A DNA stretch of 63,107 nt, counting the filler, from Lenisia limosa (lineage: Eukaryota > Protista > Breviatea), in NCBI GenBank assembly GCA_001655205.1. It is 11 parts of 11 records of this genome, joined end to end, with 100 filler letters (N's around TTAATTAATTAA, not from the genome) between each part and the next. Parts side by side here need not be neighbours in the genome. Positions count along the whole stretch, not along the records: positions 48,707 to 51,542 come from LPNZ01004870.1; positions 51,643 to 53,873 come from LPNZ01008561.1; positions 53,974 to 59,425 come from LPNZ01003079.1; positions 59,526 to 61,275 come from LPNZ01003206.1; positions 61,376 to 63,107 come from LPNZ01011131.1; 6 more parts are not named here. One strand, 5' to 3'. This document shows positions 50,055-61,379 of the stretch, in pieces (the stretch's first letter is position 1; each line of letters starts with the position of its first letter). The notes below the pieces were generated by a model that did not search any database, had not been told where the DNA came from, and was given only the letters and a program-made list of their open reading frames with translations. Position numbers and translations under genes: made by a program.

Positions 50055-51510
50055 AGTCAACTGTGAGCTTCGTTTGGAAGTGGAGCCTCTCCGAGCCTTT
50101 CGGCTCTGGTTTGCCGGCGTCTTGACTTCTGAGGTGAGCCGTGACGGGATTGCTCTTATTTGGGGGGTGGCTTCTTACTTCTTGGTTCATGTAAATACTT
50201 TAATTGTCTGATCATTGTTAAAATCTGTATTCCCCATCTTACCACTCCAAGATATACCTACCTACATATGATATGTATATATTATATGCATGTAGTATGT
50301 AGTATTTCCAATATTACAACCTTGGTCACTCCTTACTCAATTCTTCTGTTATTGACCGATTTACTCAATTCTTCTGTTATTGACCGATTTACTCAATTCT
50401 TCTGATATGGACCGAGTTGCCATGTGATTTCCCAAAAAATTGGTCAAGACTTATCCCGGCCACGGTATTATGTATATAATACATATATATATGGATTTCA
50501 CCACCAAGGTTCCGACTGTTGGGGTAGTNNNNNNNNNNNNNNNNNNNNNNNNNNNNNNNNNNNNNNNNNNNNNNNNNNNNNNNNNNNNNNNNNNNNNNNN
50601 NNNNNNNNNNNNNNNNNNNNNNNNNNNNGGGAAGGGGGGATTAATGATATTATTTATTTATTTCGTGTGGACGGCTTCAGCCAGATTCTTTTTTTTTGGT
50701 ATTTCACATTTCTTTTTTTAACATATCAGGCCAGATGCTTCTTTTTGACATTTCAAATTGCTATGTTTCACGAAGCAGGCCAGGTACCGTTCTGACAATC
50801 ACGGGGGAATACTTCTTACCAGACGGGGCTTATGCCATTTTCATGGACGGCCTTGACGGGTGGGAGTTGTCCCTCAACACCACCTATATTTCTGACGACG
50901 AACTTCGGGTCAACATTCCGACTGAACAGAGTTACCGCAGAGTTGGATTGCATGTTGAAGGGTGAGTTTCCCAACTTATTGAAGTGTTTGTTTAAACAAG
51001 GTTGTATTTTAGGGCTTCGTGCAATTAATTTTTTGACAAAATTAGAAATTCAAGTGTCTGGGATAGGGTTCTCGTTCGTTACAATCTTCAAATTTTGAAA
51101 TTGAAATGTCAATTAATTTCACGGAGCTCTAATTGAGGATTTGTTCTGCTTTTTGGCAATTTCAGGGTAGTATTCAAATGAAGTCTCGGGATACAAAGCA
51201 ATAAATGAGGCCAGAAAAATATTTACCGCTAAAAAAACCGGAGGAAACAGAGGAGTGGATTGAAGACAGATTTTCGGTTCATTAGTTACATGGGATTCCC
51301 ATCAACACTTCTAACTTCACTAGGTACGTAGCTGATAGCATGTTGGCATCCCCAACAATTTACGTCACACTCTTTGGTGATCCTTTGGTGACTGGTTGGG
51401 GGGAATTGGTGTGGGTACTGAAAATTGGGTTTCGAGGAACAGTTATTGAATGATTAAGAATAACTAGCTTCTCCCCCTTTTTGGAGTGATGGGCTTTGTC
51501 TCGGAACTGG
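50055..51510 (+). CDS. IPT/TIG (Ig-like) domain-containing protein, partial
   Basis: Exon SRPGTVLTITGEYFLPDGAYAIFMDG..LNTTYISDDELRVNIP fits the IPT/TIG pattern (GT.LTI.G..F and ..S...I.C..P). Confidence 0.55.
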
Positions 51511-51929
51511 AAGGTGGTTATTAGGGCGTCCCTACGGTCCGANNNNNNNNNNNNNNNNNNNNNNNNNNNNNNNNNNNNNNNNNNNNTTAATTAATTAANN
51601 NNNNNNNNNNNNNNNNNNNNNNNNNNNNNNNNNNNNNNNNNNACGCTTATAAGAGATATTGGATTATATTAATTCACCCAATCATTTGCCTTGTAACTCT
51701 GTGCACACAGCTTTCTGCTGTGGGGTAATAAAGATATGGGGAAATTTTTGATTATATATAATACTATAATAAATAATTAATAAAAAACAGAGAGCCTACC
51801 CCCCATTATACACCCTCATCCAATCCATCTTCACCCAGAGTCATTTCCTTTTTTTTTTTTATGCAAAATAATTTCAATAATTATTGTAAATAATTTGCAT
51901 AAAAGCTTCCAAATTTACCCCCCTTCCCA

Positions 51930-53872
51930 CCAGTACAGCCTGGCACGGATGGATAGGTCTCCCCGGCTTCATGGCACTGGAAGTCCTGGGACAAAACGTC
52001 GGCACTGAACTCGTAGCCGGTGGAACAAGTCCGGGTACAGAGGCCTCCAGCGTTTGGCGTGTCTGTGGCTTGACCGTCACTATCGTGGCACGTGGTAATA
52101 GAATTGGCTCCGTTGGGAGCGGATGATGCACAGGGCTTGGCTGAAATGGTGNNNNNNNNNNNNNNNNNNNNNNNNNNNNNNNNNNNNNNNNNNNNNNNNN
52201 NNNNNNNNNNNNTGTGAGGGGTGGGGGTGGGGAGTATAATGGAAAAAAACAACAACAACAACAAAATCCCAACTCTTTCATAACCCTCCTCCCTTACGAT
52301 GGCAGATTTCGGTTTCTGGGAAAGTTCTCCCGGGTTGGTCACAGGCATACGACTTGGTAGTGGTGGTGTCAGCAAAGTGGTAATGATCGTCACATGTAAT
52401 AGAGCAGGTTCCTTCGACGTGGACATTCTCGTCGCAGGATACTGTGCTGTTTTGCACGGATTCGAGAGTATCGTTGCAGCGCATTGCTAGGGTTGTCACC
52501 AGGGTGATATTGGGACCATTGATGAGAAATAAAAAATAAGGTTGTATCTCACCGAAGCCGTCAATAAAGCTTAGCAATACCCTCCCCCATTGCTCACATG
52601 AGATTTACTTCACACACATAACAAAATAAACAAAAAAAAAAAAACCTACGAAGACAGGCAGTAGCGGGGAAGTCTAAAGTGTCCTTGTCGCAGGTCGAGT
52701 TCTGGACCATTTTGCCACTGAGGAGTTCGTAGCCCTCGACACAGGTTGTTACACAGTAATCCTCAACTGATAATGTGAAACAGTGATCCTAAACTGCAAA
52801 CGTCACCACGGTAGGTTATATCATGTCAAAATACATATAAACATATCACATATCCTATTACAGGTGGAATTGTGAGAGGGGTGAAGGGATCCTCACTCGT
52901 ATGTCAATTGATCGACTAGTCTCAACGACTCGGGATGAACCCTCGTGTTATCTTCGTTCATCATTTCGACTCGAAAGTCGGTCATATGATCATCACCAGT
53001 GGATATGGGTCATCATTTCGACTCGAAAGTTGGTCACATTTATCATATCACTAGTGGATACGTCATGCATCAACTAACCGTTCAAAGTAGGGGGGCAGGT
53101 GTGCGTCGCGTGTTCTTGGCTAGCGTAGGGGTTGCAAGTCTTGGCTAGGGAAATTAATATTGAAAAATTTTATGAAGCAAATCAACTCATTTGGCTGAAA
53201 ACAACACACGAGGGTTGAGAACAACAAAACAAAAAAAAAACCAAAATCAACTCTCTCAACAGTAAAGATACTCTCCCAACCTTAGGGTTCCAAATATGGT
53301 ACATACAACTTATATATTTGTTATCAGATAACAAATATTGATTATTGTAAGGGAACTGGAGTGAAGGGACAACTTTAATAACCCAACATAAATAAGACAC
53401 AACTCATATGGTTCTTGGCCGCTGAAAAATTCGACCACTTTTCTTCATAAATCCCTCAAAATCAGTTCAACTCGCCTCCTTGAACACCTTTTCTTGAGGA
53501 AAAGTCGAACATTTTCGGTTCCAACATTCCCAACCCNNNNNNNNNNNNNNNNNNNNNNNNNNNNNNNNNNNNNNNNNNNNNNNNNNNNNNNNNNNNNNNN
53601 NNNNNNNNNNNNNNNNNNNNNNNNNNNNNNNNNNNNNNNNNNNNNNNNNNNNNNNNNNNNNNNNNNNNNNNNNNNNNNNNNNNNNNNNNNNNNNNNNNNN
53701 AATAAATCCCCAAAATTATCGATATTTTACGCTATTTTTTGAACAGAAGTGAAGCACTAAAGACATCCCCCATACGAACGCAATCCGCGGTAGTGAAGTT
53801 CCAGGCACCAGTGATGGGGTCGCAGGAGAAGGATGTGACACTGCTGGGACTGTGCTCGTAGCCAGAGTTACA
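51930..53872 (-). CDS. Cys-rich surface protein with tandem sushi/CCP-like modules, partial
   Basis: Modules read CNSGYEHSPSSVTSFSCDPITGAWNFTTADC, CVTTCVEGYELLSG..TCDKDTLDFPATAC, GTCSITCDDHYHF..SYACDQPG and CTRTCSTGYEFSA..FQCHEAGETYPSVPGC. Confidence 0.65.
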
Positions 53873-53974
53873 GNNNNNNNNNNNNNNNNNNNNNNNNNNN
53901 NNNNNNNNNNNNNNNNNTTAATTAATTAANNNNNNNNNNNNNNNNNNNNNNNNNNNNNNNNNNNNNNNNNNNNA

Positions 53975-56900
53975 GCAAAAAGCGTTGTGGGAGGGTGGGA
54001 GTGGGGCTACATATGTATGTATTAAACATGTGAATACATTTCTTGATGATACCTAATGAATGTGAATTGCGTATTAATTTTTTAGATTGAGATGATTGAA
54101 GCACTCCACGAGATCAAATGTGATGTCACTTGTGTTGAACTCCTCCCCCAGGTTCGGGGGTTTATTGCCTATTTTGCCCGGGACGGAGGGTTGCTTTCAG
54201 TCACACAACTTACGTGCATTCTTTTCTTTTTTATATCGAAATAAAGCACATGTAAAAGGTTCACTGTGACAATTCCCTTCCTCAGCAATGAGGAATTCGG
54301 CTAACCTCATCCCAAATCTATTCATCTCGCACACTAGGGCATCACTCCGGTTCGAAAAAAGACTGAATTTCTCGATAAATCCTCGAAAACTATCGATATT
54401 TTACCGGTCTTTTTTGAACCGAAGTGAAGCCCTACTTGACACCCATAAACTGGATGACCCTCTTTAGACAATGTCTTTCCTTGACGGGGAAATGGCCATG
54501 CTTGCTCAGAACTACATGAAGTCCAAGGGCGTTAAGCTCCATCTCGATACTAAAGTCGAAGCCATTTTGGGCGAAACCGTGGCTACTGCTGTGGGTGGTT
54601 GTTATATGTTGGTGATGATGATGGTAATGTTCGTGATGGTGGTGGTAGGTTGTATGTAGCATGAAAATACATGAAATCAAATAAAACCTAGGAACACATC
54701 GTGAAACGCAATGCCACCAAACACAATTCTCACCTTTGCAGGTCAAGACCAATAAGGGCGAGATTCCAGCCGATATTGTGATTGTCAACCTCGGTGTTCG
54801 CCCCAATGTCGAGCTGGCCAAGGAGGCTGGCTTGGATATTGGCGTTACTGGTGGGGAGGTGGTTCAAAGTTATACCATATACTACATACAGTATGCAAAC
54901 ATGTAATGTATGATATAATATCATATTTTGTGTTTTCCTTTTCTTCAATTGAATTTGACAATATATTGTACGTAGGCGTGATGGGATGTGGTTTGGATTG
55001 AATATGTTGATTTTGTTGTTTTCCTCTACCCTCATGTTAGCCAGCAGAGCTAAGTCAAGGTTTTTGGCTTCATTCATTTCCATTGTTACACCCCCCTCCC
55101 AGACCTATTTTGTTCAATATTTCAATTTTACCCCCCCCCCCNNNNNNNNNNNNNNNNNNNNNNNNNNNNNNNNNNNNNNNNNNNNNNNNNNNNNNNNNNN
55201 NNNNNNNNNNNNNNNNNNNNNNNNNNNNNNNNNNNNNNNNNNNNNNNNNNNNNNNNNNNNNNNCACCGGAAAGCCATGCTTCATTCCTCTCGGCTCGACC
55301 GCAAACAAACAGGTCTGCCCGGATCCAGAAGATGGGTTATTAATGTGACTTGCAGGGATGAGAAGTAAATATTCTGACCCTCCGATCTGACCCCTCCAGG
55401 GCCGCGTTATTGGCAGCACCATTTGTGGCAAGGAGGACGCTTTCCCTGGCGTTGTGGGAGCAACTGCCTGTAAGATCTTCGACTACAGTGTTGCCTGTGC
55501 CGGTACGTTGGAAATGTTGAAAAAAACAAACAGAGAAGTATTAGTTATCATTAAAAATCTTATGCATGACGATAACACAAGTTTGATAACTTTGCTTCAA
55601 CTTTTCAACCTAAATTTAGCAAAAAAAATAAAATATGAAAAACGGATTGTCTAAGAATATATATTGATTTAAACACACTTCTTTTATCGAAACAAATTGA
55701 AAAACAACGATGATGACGTCATAGGTCTCAACGAGCGCAACGCCAAGAAAGAAGGCTATGACGCCATTAGTGTCTTGGCTGCCGCCCCTGACCGCCCACA
55801 TTTCATGCCCCCTCCCCGCCCTCTCATGCTCAAGCTCGTTGTCGATAAGGCTACTCACAAGGTACTTGGGGGTGCAAGTTCGCTCACTTTGCTTCAAATA
55901 CTGGTTTTTGAATTGTTTAGCTCATCTAAATCCATACATTTGTTTAATGAACACACCATATGATTTACTACAGGTACATATAGCTNNNNNNNNNNNNNNN
56001 NNNNNNNNNNNNNNNNNNNNNNNNNNNNNNNNNNNNNNNNNNNNNNNNNNNNNNNNNNNNNNNNNNNNNNATACATTATGCATATATTTTATTCTTGCAA
56101 TCTACAATCAAAATAATGAGATCTCACGATCTAGGTTCTTGGCGGTCAGGCAGTTGGCCCCGCCGTGGCTGATAAGAGAATGGACGTTGGTATGCGGTGG
56201 CGGAGGGTTCTAATGTGTAAAACAATATTCTTATTTTCTCCAACTAATTTGCGGGGGAGGGGGGTTCACTTCAACACATGTTTATTCTTGTTTTTTGGAG
56301 ATACTCCTTTCGCAACCAGTGTCTTTGCGCCAATATTCTTCATCACAATTATCATTATTTACACCAACANNNNNNNNNNNNNNNNNNNNNNNNNNNNNNN
56401 NNNNNNNNNNNNNNNNNNNNNNNNNNNNNNNNNNNNNNNNNNNNNNNNNNNNNNNNNNNNNNNNNNNNNNNNNNNNNNNNNNNNNNNNNNNNNNNNNNNN
56501 NNNNNNNNNNNNNNNNNNNNNNNNNNNNTGCCATGGCTCTCCATATGGGCATGACTATTGAGCAACTCGCTAACGTGGACCTCACTTACGCTCCCCCCTT
56601 CTCCCCTCCCATCGACAACGTGTCACAAACGGCCAATGTTCTTCGCAACAAGCTTGACGGTTCTTATGTGGGCGATAAGGGTTGTGCTTTATCATCAATT
56701 AAAACATGGTGTTATGTTGCTCTATCTTCTAATGGGGTGTTGTAATTCTCAGTTTGCTCTATCTTCTAATGGAGGTGCTCTGCTTTTAAGCGGGCTAATA
56801 GGCATCTGGCTTGTTGCTATATACTGGCTGTAAGACATGGTGACATTAATAAAACGTAGACAAAAAAAAAATACGATTCTTCTTTTTCTCACCACATTTA

Positions 56901-57921
56901 GTCTGGCCTCAATCCCACTGAAGTACAGGATATGGTTGATGCTGGCATTGAGTTTGTCCGAGTTGATGTTCGTGGCCCAGGGGTATGGGGGGAGGGGGGG
57001 TAAATTGGAAAAGTTAATGGTACAAAAAAGCCGAAATCAGGGGGAGGTGATGATGAAGGCTTCCCCACGATCGTAAAAAATATCGATATTTTTCGAGGAT
57101 TTCTAGAGAAGTGGTCTTTTTCAGGATCGTAGGGAAGCCGTAATTATGAATATATTAATTGGAGTTAATTGAAATAAAGCCTGTTCATAGCAAATTTCTG
57201 ATATTACAGGAACTTGTCAAGCCCCCTTGGTGTATTGAGGGTGCTATTAATGTCCCTCTCGGAGGCCTCAGAAAGTGTTAGTGGGGATAAGAACAGAAAA
57301 AGCCCCACTCACTTCTCAAACTTTAACATTAAAACAAATATTGTCCCCTTTACGACCGCATTTACCCTTCATAATTGACCCTTTTACCTCTCCTGCCCTA
57401 ATTCCACCCCCGATTCCCATTCACCTCAACTATTGATATGGCGATTGACCCCCTTCAGGCTCGGACGACATTCCCAAGGACAAACTTGTCATCCTCCATT
57501 GCAAGTCATCTCTTCGTGCATAGTAAGAGGCGCGTCAAATGTAAACAATTGTGTAGAATCTAAAGATACAAATACGCTTCCCTATGGTCCAAAAAAAAGA
57601 CCCTTTTACGCTCTATTCATAGAGGATTTCGATCTTTTTGGTCCAGATAGGAAGCCCATGATACATATGAGATATAAATAATCGTTATAAGACAGGTACA
57701 AAAATATTGGCGCTTACCTCTCTAGTGAAGCCGAACAGATTCTGCGCAACCAAGGCTTTACTGCTGTCAAGGTGAGGGGGGATTAGAGTTGTTTAAAGTG
57801 GTAGATGTTGAGTTGTGTAAACCTTTTAGCGCATTTAATGTTTTTTTGTTCTTTAACGAAGAAGGTGATGGAAGGCGGAATGCTCTGTTACCCCTACGCC
57901 AAGAAGATTACTCCCCAGTAG
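53975..57921 (+). CDS. cdr: FAD-dependent CoA-disulfide reductase / NADH oxidase with C-terminal rhodanese domain (CoADR-RHD), 5' part missing
   Basis: Exons read IEMIEAL..VTCVE, LDGEMA, GEIPADIVIVNLGVRPNVELAKEAGL, IPLGSTANKQGRV, FPGVVGATACKIFD, KLVVDKATHKVLGGQAVG..DKRMDV and DLTYAPPFSPPID. The rhodanese part reads VDVR..IEGAINVPLG..VILHCKSSLRAY..MEGG, ending at TAG 57921. Confidence 0.93.
54335..54434. mobile_element. MITE family A copy
   Basis: tagggcatcactccggttcgaaaaaagac ... gtcttttttgaaccgaagtgaagcccta. Confidence 0.8.
57056..57142. mobile_element. MITE family A copy
   Basis: ggcttccccacgatcg ... cgtagggaagcc, core reversed. Confidence 0.65.
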
Positions 57922-58415
57922 TTGTTTTTTTTCTTTCAGGTTTTATTAAGTGTGTATGGTATATGTTATGTTTTGTGAATGCATTGATCAAATTCGAGGC
58001 GGCAATTACTTACATAAAGCGACGGTGTTGTATATGTATAATATGTTATTGTGACTGGATAAATCCAGTTAAAAAAGCGAACTCAATTGCCTAAAACTAA
58101 AACACACAATTATTGAATTAACACAACACAACCCTTGAAACCAAGATATTCAGATGTGATTGATTGTCGCTTGGGCAGTTTGCTTGTGGTTGGCTTGTGG
58201 ATTTAAGTATACGTTTAATAATGATCATATGCTTTGTTGTGAAAAGTTGAGGAGCGAGCCTAACTCAATTGATTGAAATGATAAAAAAGTAGGACAATTA
58301 CGGCTTCCCACTTTTTTCCAGCCCATCCCTTTTCAACAATTTTTTTTCTCAAATCGGCCTTTTTTCACTTCTAACAGCAGTTAATCTTCATTTGTTTGCT
58401 TTGTAAGGCTTAAAA

Positions 58416-59425
58416 ATGGTGTGTTGAATAAAGTGTATTTCTTCGTGTATCTAACTTCCTTAATAGAGGCCAATTCAATGCAAATCTCATGAGCGTCCTG
58501 TTACCTGCCTGAAGTACAACTCAGATGGTGATATTATCTTTTCCTGTGCCAAGGATAATCGTGTGATCGCTTGGTATACTCATAATGGCGAGCGCCTTGG
58601 AACCTATGACGGCCATAAGGGTGCTATTTGGCATATTGACGTTGATCGTAAGCATTTTTGGTGAAATTGTCTTTTGTGCTTTGCTAAGTGTTTGTAATCG
58701 CCTTTAGATGACTCAAAACGTCTTGTTTCATGCTCTGCTGATGACACAGTGAAGCTCTGGGAGGTAGAAACAGGTATAACTAAACCTTGTTTTCCTTGCA
58801 TGACTTATTCTATCTTTAGGACACTGCCTTCATTCATGGACTATGCCTTCCATTCCTAAATGCGTGGAGTTTTCAGACGGTTTGTCTTTCTGGCATTTTT
58901 TACACTTGCATACTTCTTTTTTGTTCACCTTCTCACCCAATACTGGCAAATTTATTTATTATATGTGCATTAGGACTGTTTCAGAACTTATTTTTGGCTT
59001 AGGCGACCAATACCTCCTCGTTCTTTGCGATCGTATCATGGGTCAGCCCACTCGTATCTTCGTGTACGACTTGAAAGCAGAAGGTTTGACAAGGATTCTG
59101 TGTTCTGTGGTTCATTGAAACTCTTCTTGGCGTAGAAACCCTTCTATCATCCCATTGAAACACCTTACGGCTTAGACATGTCCCTCCCCATTCTCTCCCT
59201 CGAAGACTTCGGAGATATGGCTAAGGTTTGCAGGACGACTTGAAACAATCCGTTCTTATATTTATCGAGGATTTATAGAGAAATTTAGTCTTTTTTGGGA
59301 CCGTTGGGAAGCCCTAGTCATTGACAGTGTTGGCATCTTGTGACGTTCGTAGGTCACAAACGCGCTTTTCAGCCCCATGAACGACCAGCTCTACTGTGCC
59401 CATGCTGACGGCTCTATCTCCGTCT
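58416..59425 (+). CDS. EIF3I: Eukaryotic translation initiation factor 3 subunit I (WD40), truncated at contig end
   Basis: Reads M|RPIQCKSHERPVTCLKYNSDGDIIFSCAKD..WYTHNGERLGTYDGHKGAIWHIDVD, then SADDTVKLWEVETG. Confidence 0.95.
59222..59316. mobile_element. MITE family A copy (left end degenerate, starting at a splice donor)
   Basis: Right end gtcttttttgggaccgttgggaagcccta, core reversed. Confidence 0.65.
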
Positions 59426-59525
59426 NNNNNNNNNNNNNNNNNNNNNNNNNNNNNNNNNNNNNNNNNNNNTTAATTAATTAANNNNNNNNNNNNNNNNNNN
59501 NNNNNNNNNNNNNNNNNNNNNNNNN

Positions 59526-60869
59526 AAACAAAGATGAACAGTTGAGGGTAAGCCCAATACACACAACATGCCCAGCATAACAATTTAGGCCAACATAGTC
59601 ACTATTTTGATTCCTGAGCATTACGCTTTAGGCCCGTGCCATGGTTGAATCGAGGTACATGAGACGAGAGGCGGAGGCAAAGCACAAGGCGTCTAGACGG
59701 CAGTTTCAATCTTCAGAGAAAACCGTCAGTGCTGACCTTCAGCATTTGGTAGGTACTTTAGTCTTTTTTGTGTGGTTTTTTCACTTTTGGTAGTTTTGTG
59801 TTACTTTGACATAGATAGCAGAGTTGATTTTCCTTCTTTTTTTTTTTTTTTTCATAACTTTTCCAATTTTAAATGCTGGAGTGNNNNNNNNNNNNNNNNN
59901 NNNNNNNNNNNNNNNNNNNNNNNNNNNNNNNNNNNNNNNNNNNNNNNNNNNNNNNNNNNNNNNNNNNNNNNNNNNNNNNNNNNNNNNNNNNNNNNNNNNN
60001 NNNNNNNNNNNNNNNNNNNNNNNNNNNNNNNNNNNNNNNNCCTATCTTAGCAGAAAGCAGGAATTGTTGAGGCAAGATGTGCGTGGGTAATATGTGAATG
60101 CAGTATTGCCATTTTTATCGGTAAATCCGACATAAGACTGAATAGATATTATTCTTCCTCTTATTTCCATAAAAATAACAAAGAGAAAACCTAGAGATAC
60201 GAGAATAATTGGGATACCAAAAACGCCATTTCCTTATGTTAACTATCTTTTAGATTCAAGGGTGGATTGAAGTTTATGACAGAGACACGGAAGCAATGGA
60301 CAAAAAACTTGAGACCTTGAAGACCAACCGATCTAACGATCTCAACAGACTTGCTGGTTGGGTGCGGGGGTGATGATTGTTAATTTTCGATATTAACTGA
60401 AATTTACAATGTGTAATTAATTACACATAGTCCTACTTTTCCCCTGGCCTTACTTAGAGGAAGGAAAGTGGTGCTCACCAGTTTAGATTTGACAGAAAAA
60501 TTCCGCCAGTGTGAGGAATTTGTTTTGGCGGAAAGGAAGTATCAGGCAATCATGGTGGGGGAAGGCTCTGTTTTTGACAAATATGATATCATATTATGTG
60601 ATGGTGATGTCTGGGTAACTCCTATTATCTACATATTACACATTTTTTTTGTCGTGAAGTAGTTTGAACCGTGAGTAGTGCTGTTTTCTCTCTTCTAACC
60701 CAGTCAGAAAGAAAACGAGGAGGAAGAGAAAAGAGAGCATGCCGCGGCGCTCCTTATCCAGGCGGTGTGGCGCGGACACGCCATGCGTGTACTGCTTGAG
60801 AAAAAGCGGAAACGCAAGGGCAGAAAGAAGCGTTCACAGTCCAAGTCGCCAACTCGACGACGAGTGTAA
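59526..60869 (+). CDS. IQCG: IQ-motif coiled-coil protein, IQCG/DRC9-like (nexin-dynein regulatory complex), 3' part
   Basis: Reads LETLKTNRSNDLNRLA, FRQCEEFVLAER and AAALLIQAVWRGHAMR followed by a K/R tail; this layout resembles the IQCG C-terminus. Confidence 0.7.
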
Positions 60870-61130
60870 TGTTGTTGAGGTTATGCAGTATTTATTCCTT
60901 GAACGTGGGTTGCTTTGGGCGTTTATGAGCTTAACTTTCAGTCCAAAATCATCTAGATTTATGGAGAATTACCTAGTCTAGCTTTTTTGGATGCAATATC
61001 TTGGGGTTGAGCAACCAATATAGGTTGAAATAATGCTCGCTTGCAACTTAAAAGCCGTTGAAAACCTCCCATCTAATATGAAAAGTACATCGAAACAATC
61101 AGGAAACAGGGAAACAAGGAAAAAGACAGC

Positions 61131-61235
61131 CTACTCAGTAGGGGGGACATCAAGGGAAAGGCGCAATGCATGTACGCCATTTTTGATTTCTTCGTCAAGC
61201 ACTTCGTACACTAGGCGATGCCTTTGGATTCGGGT
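61131..61235 (-). CDS. bolA: BolA-family protein, last exon
   Basis: TRIQRHRLVYEVLDEEIKNGVHALRLSLDVPPTE-stop matches the BolA motifs RHR.VY..L and HAL. Confidence 0.85.
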   Translation of the reverse strand, partial: TRIQRHRLVYEVLDEEIKNGVHALRLSLDVPPTE

Positions 61236-61379
61236 CTGGGGAGGGGAGTAAAACGAAGGATTTCGATGACTCTATNNNNNNNNNNNNNNNNNNNNNNNNN
61301 NNNNNNNNNNNNNNNNNNNTTAATTAATTAANNNNNNNNNNNNNNNNNNNNNNNNNNNNNNNNNNNNNNNNNNNNTGTT

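Noticed and set aside
7322-61331. Ten identical TTAATTAATTAA palindromes embedded in N-runs
   Set aside because: This is an artificial six-frame-stop linker used to concatenate unplaced contigs; it is not biological.
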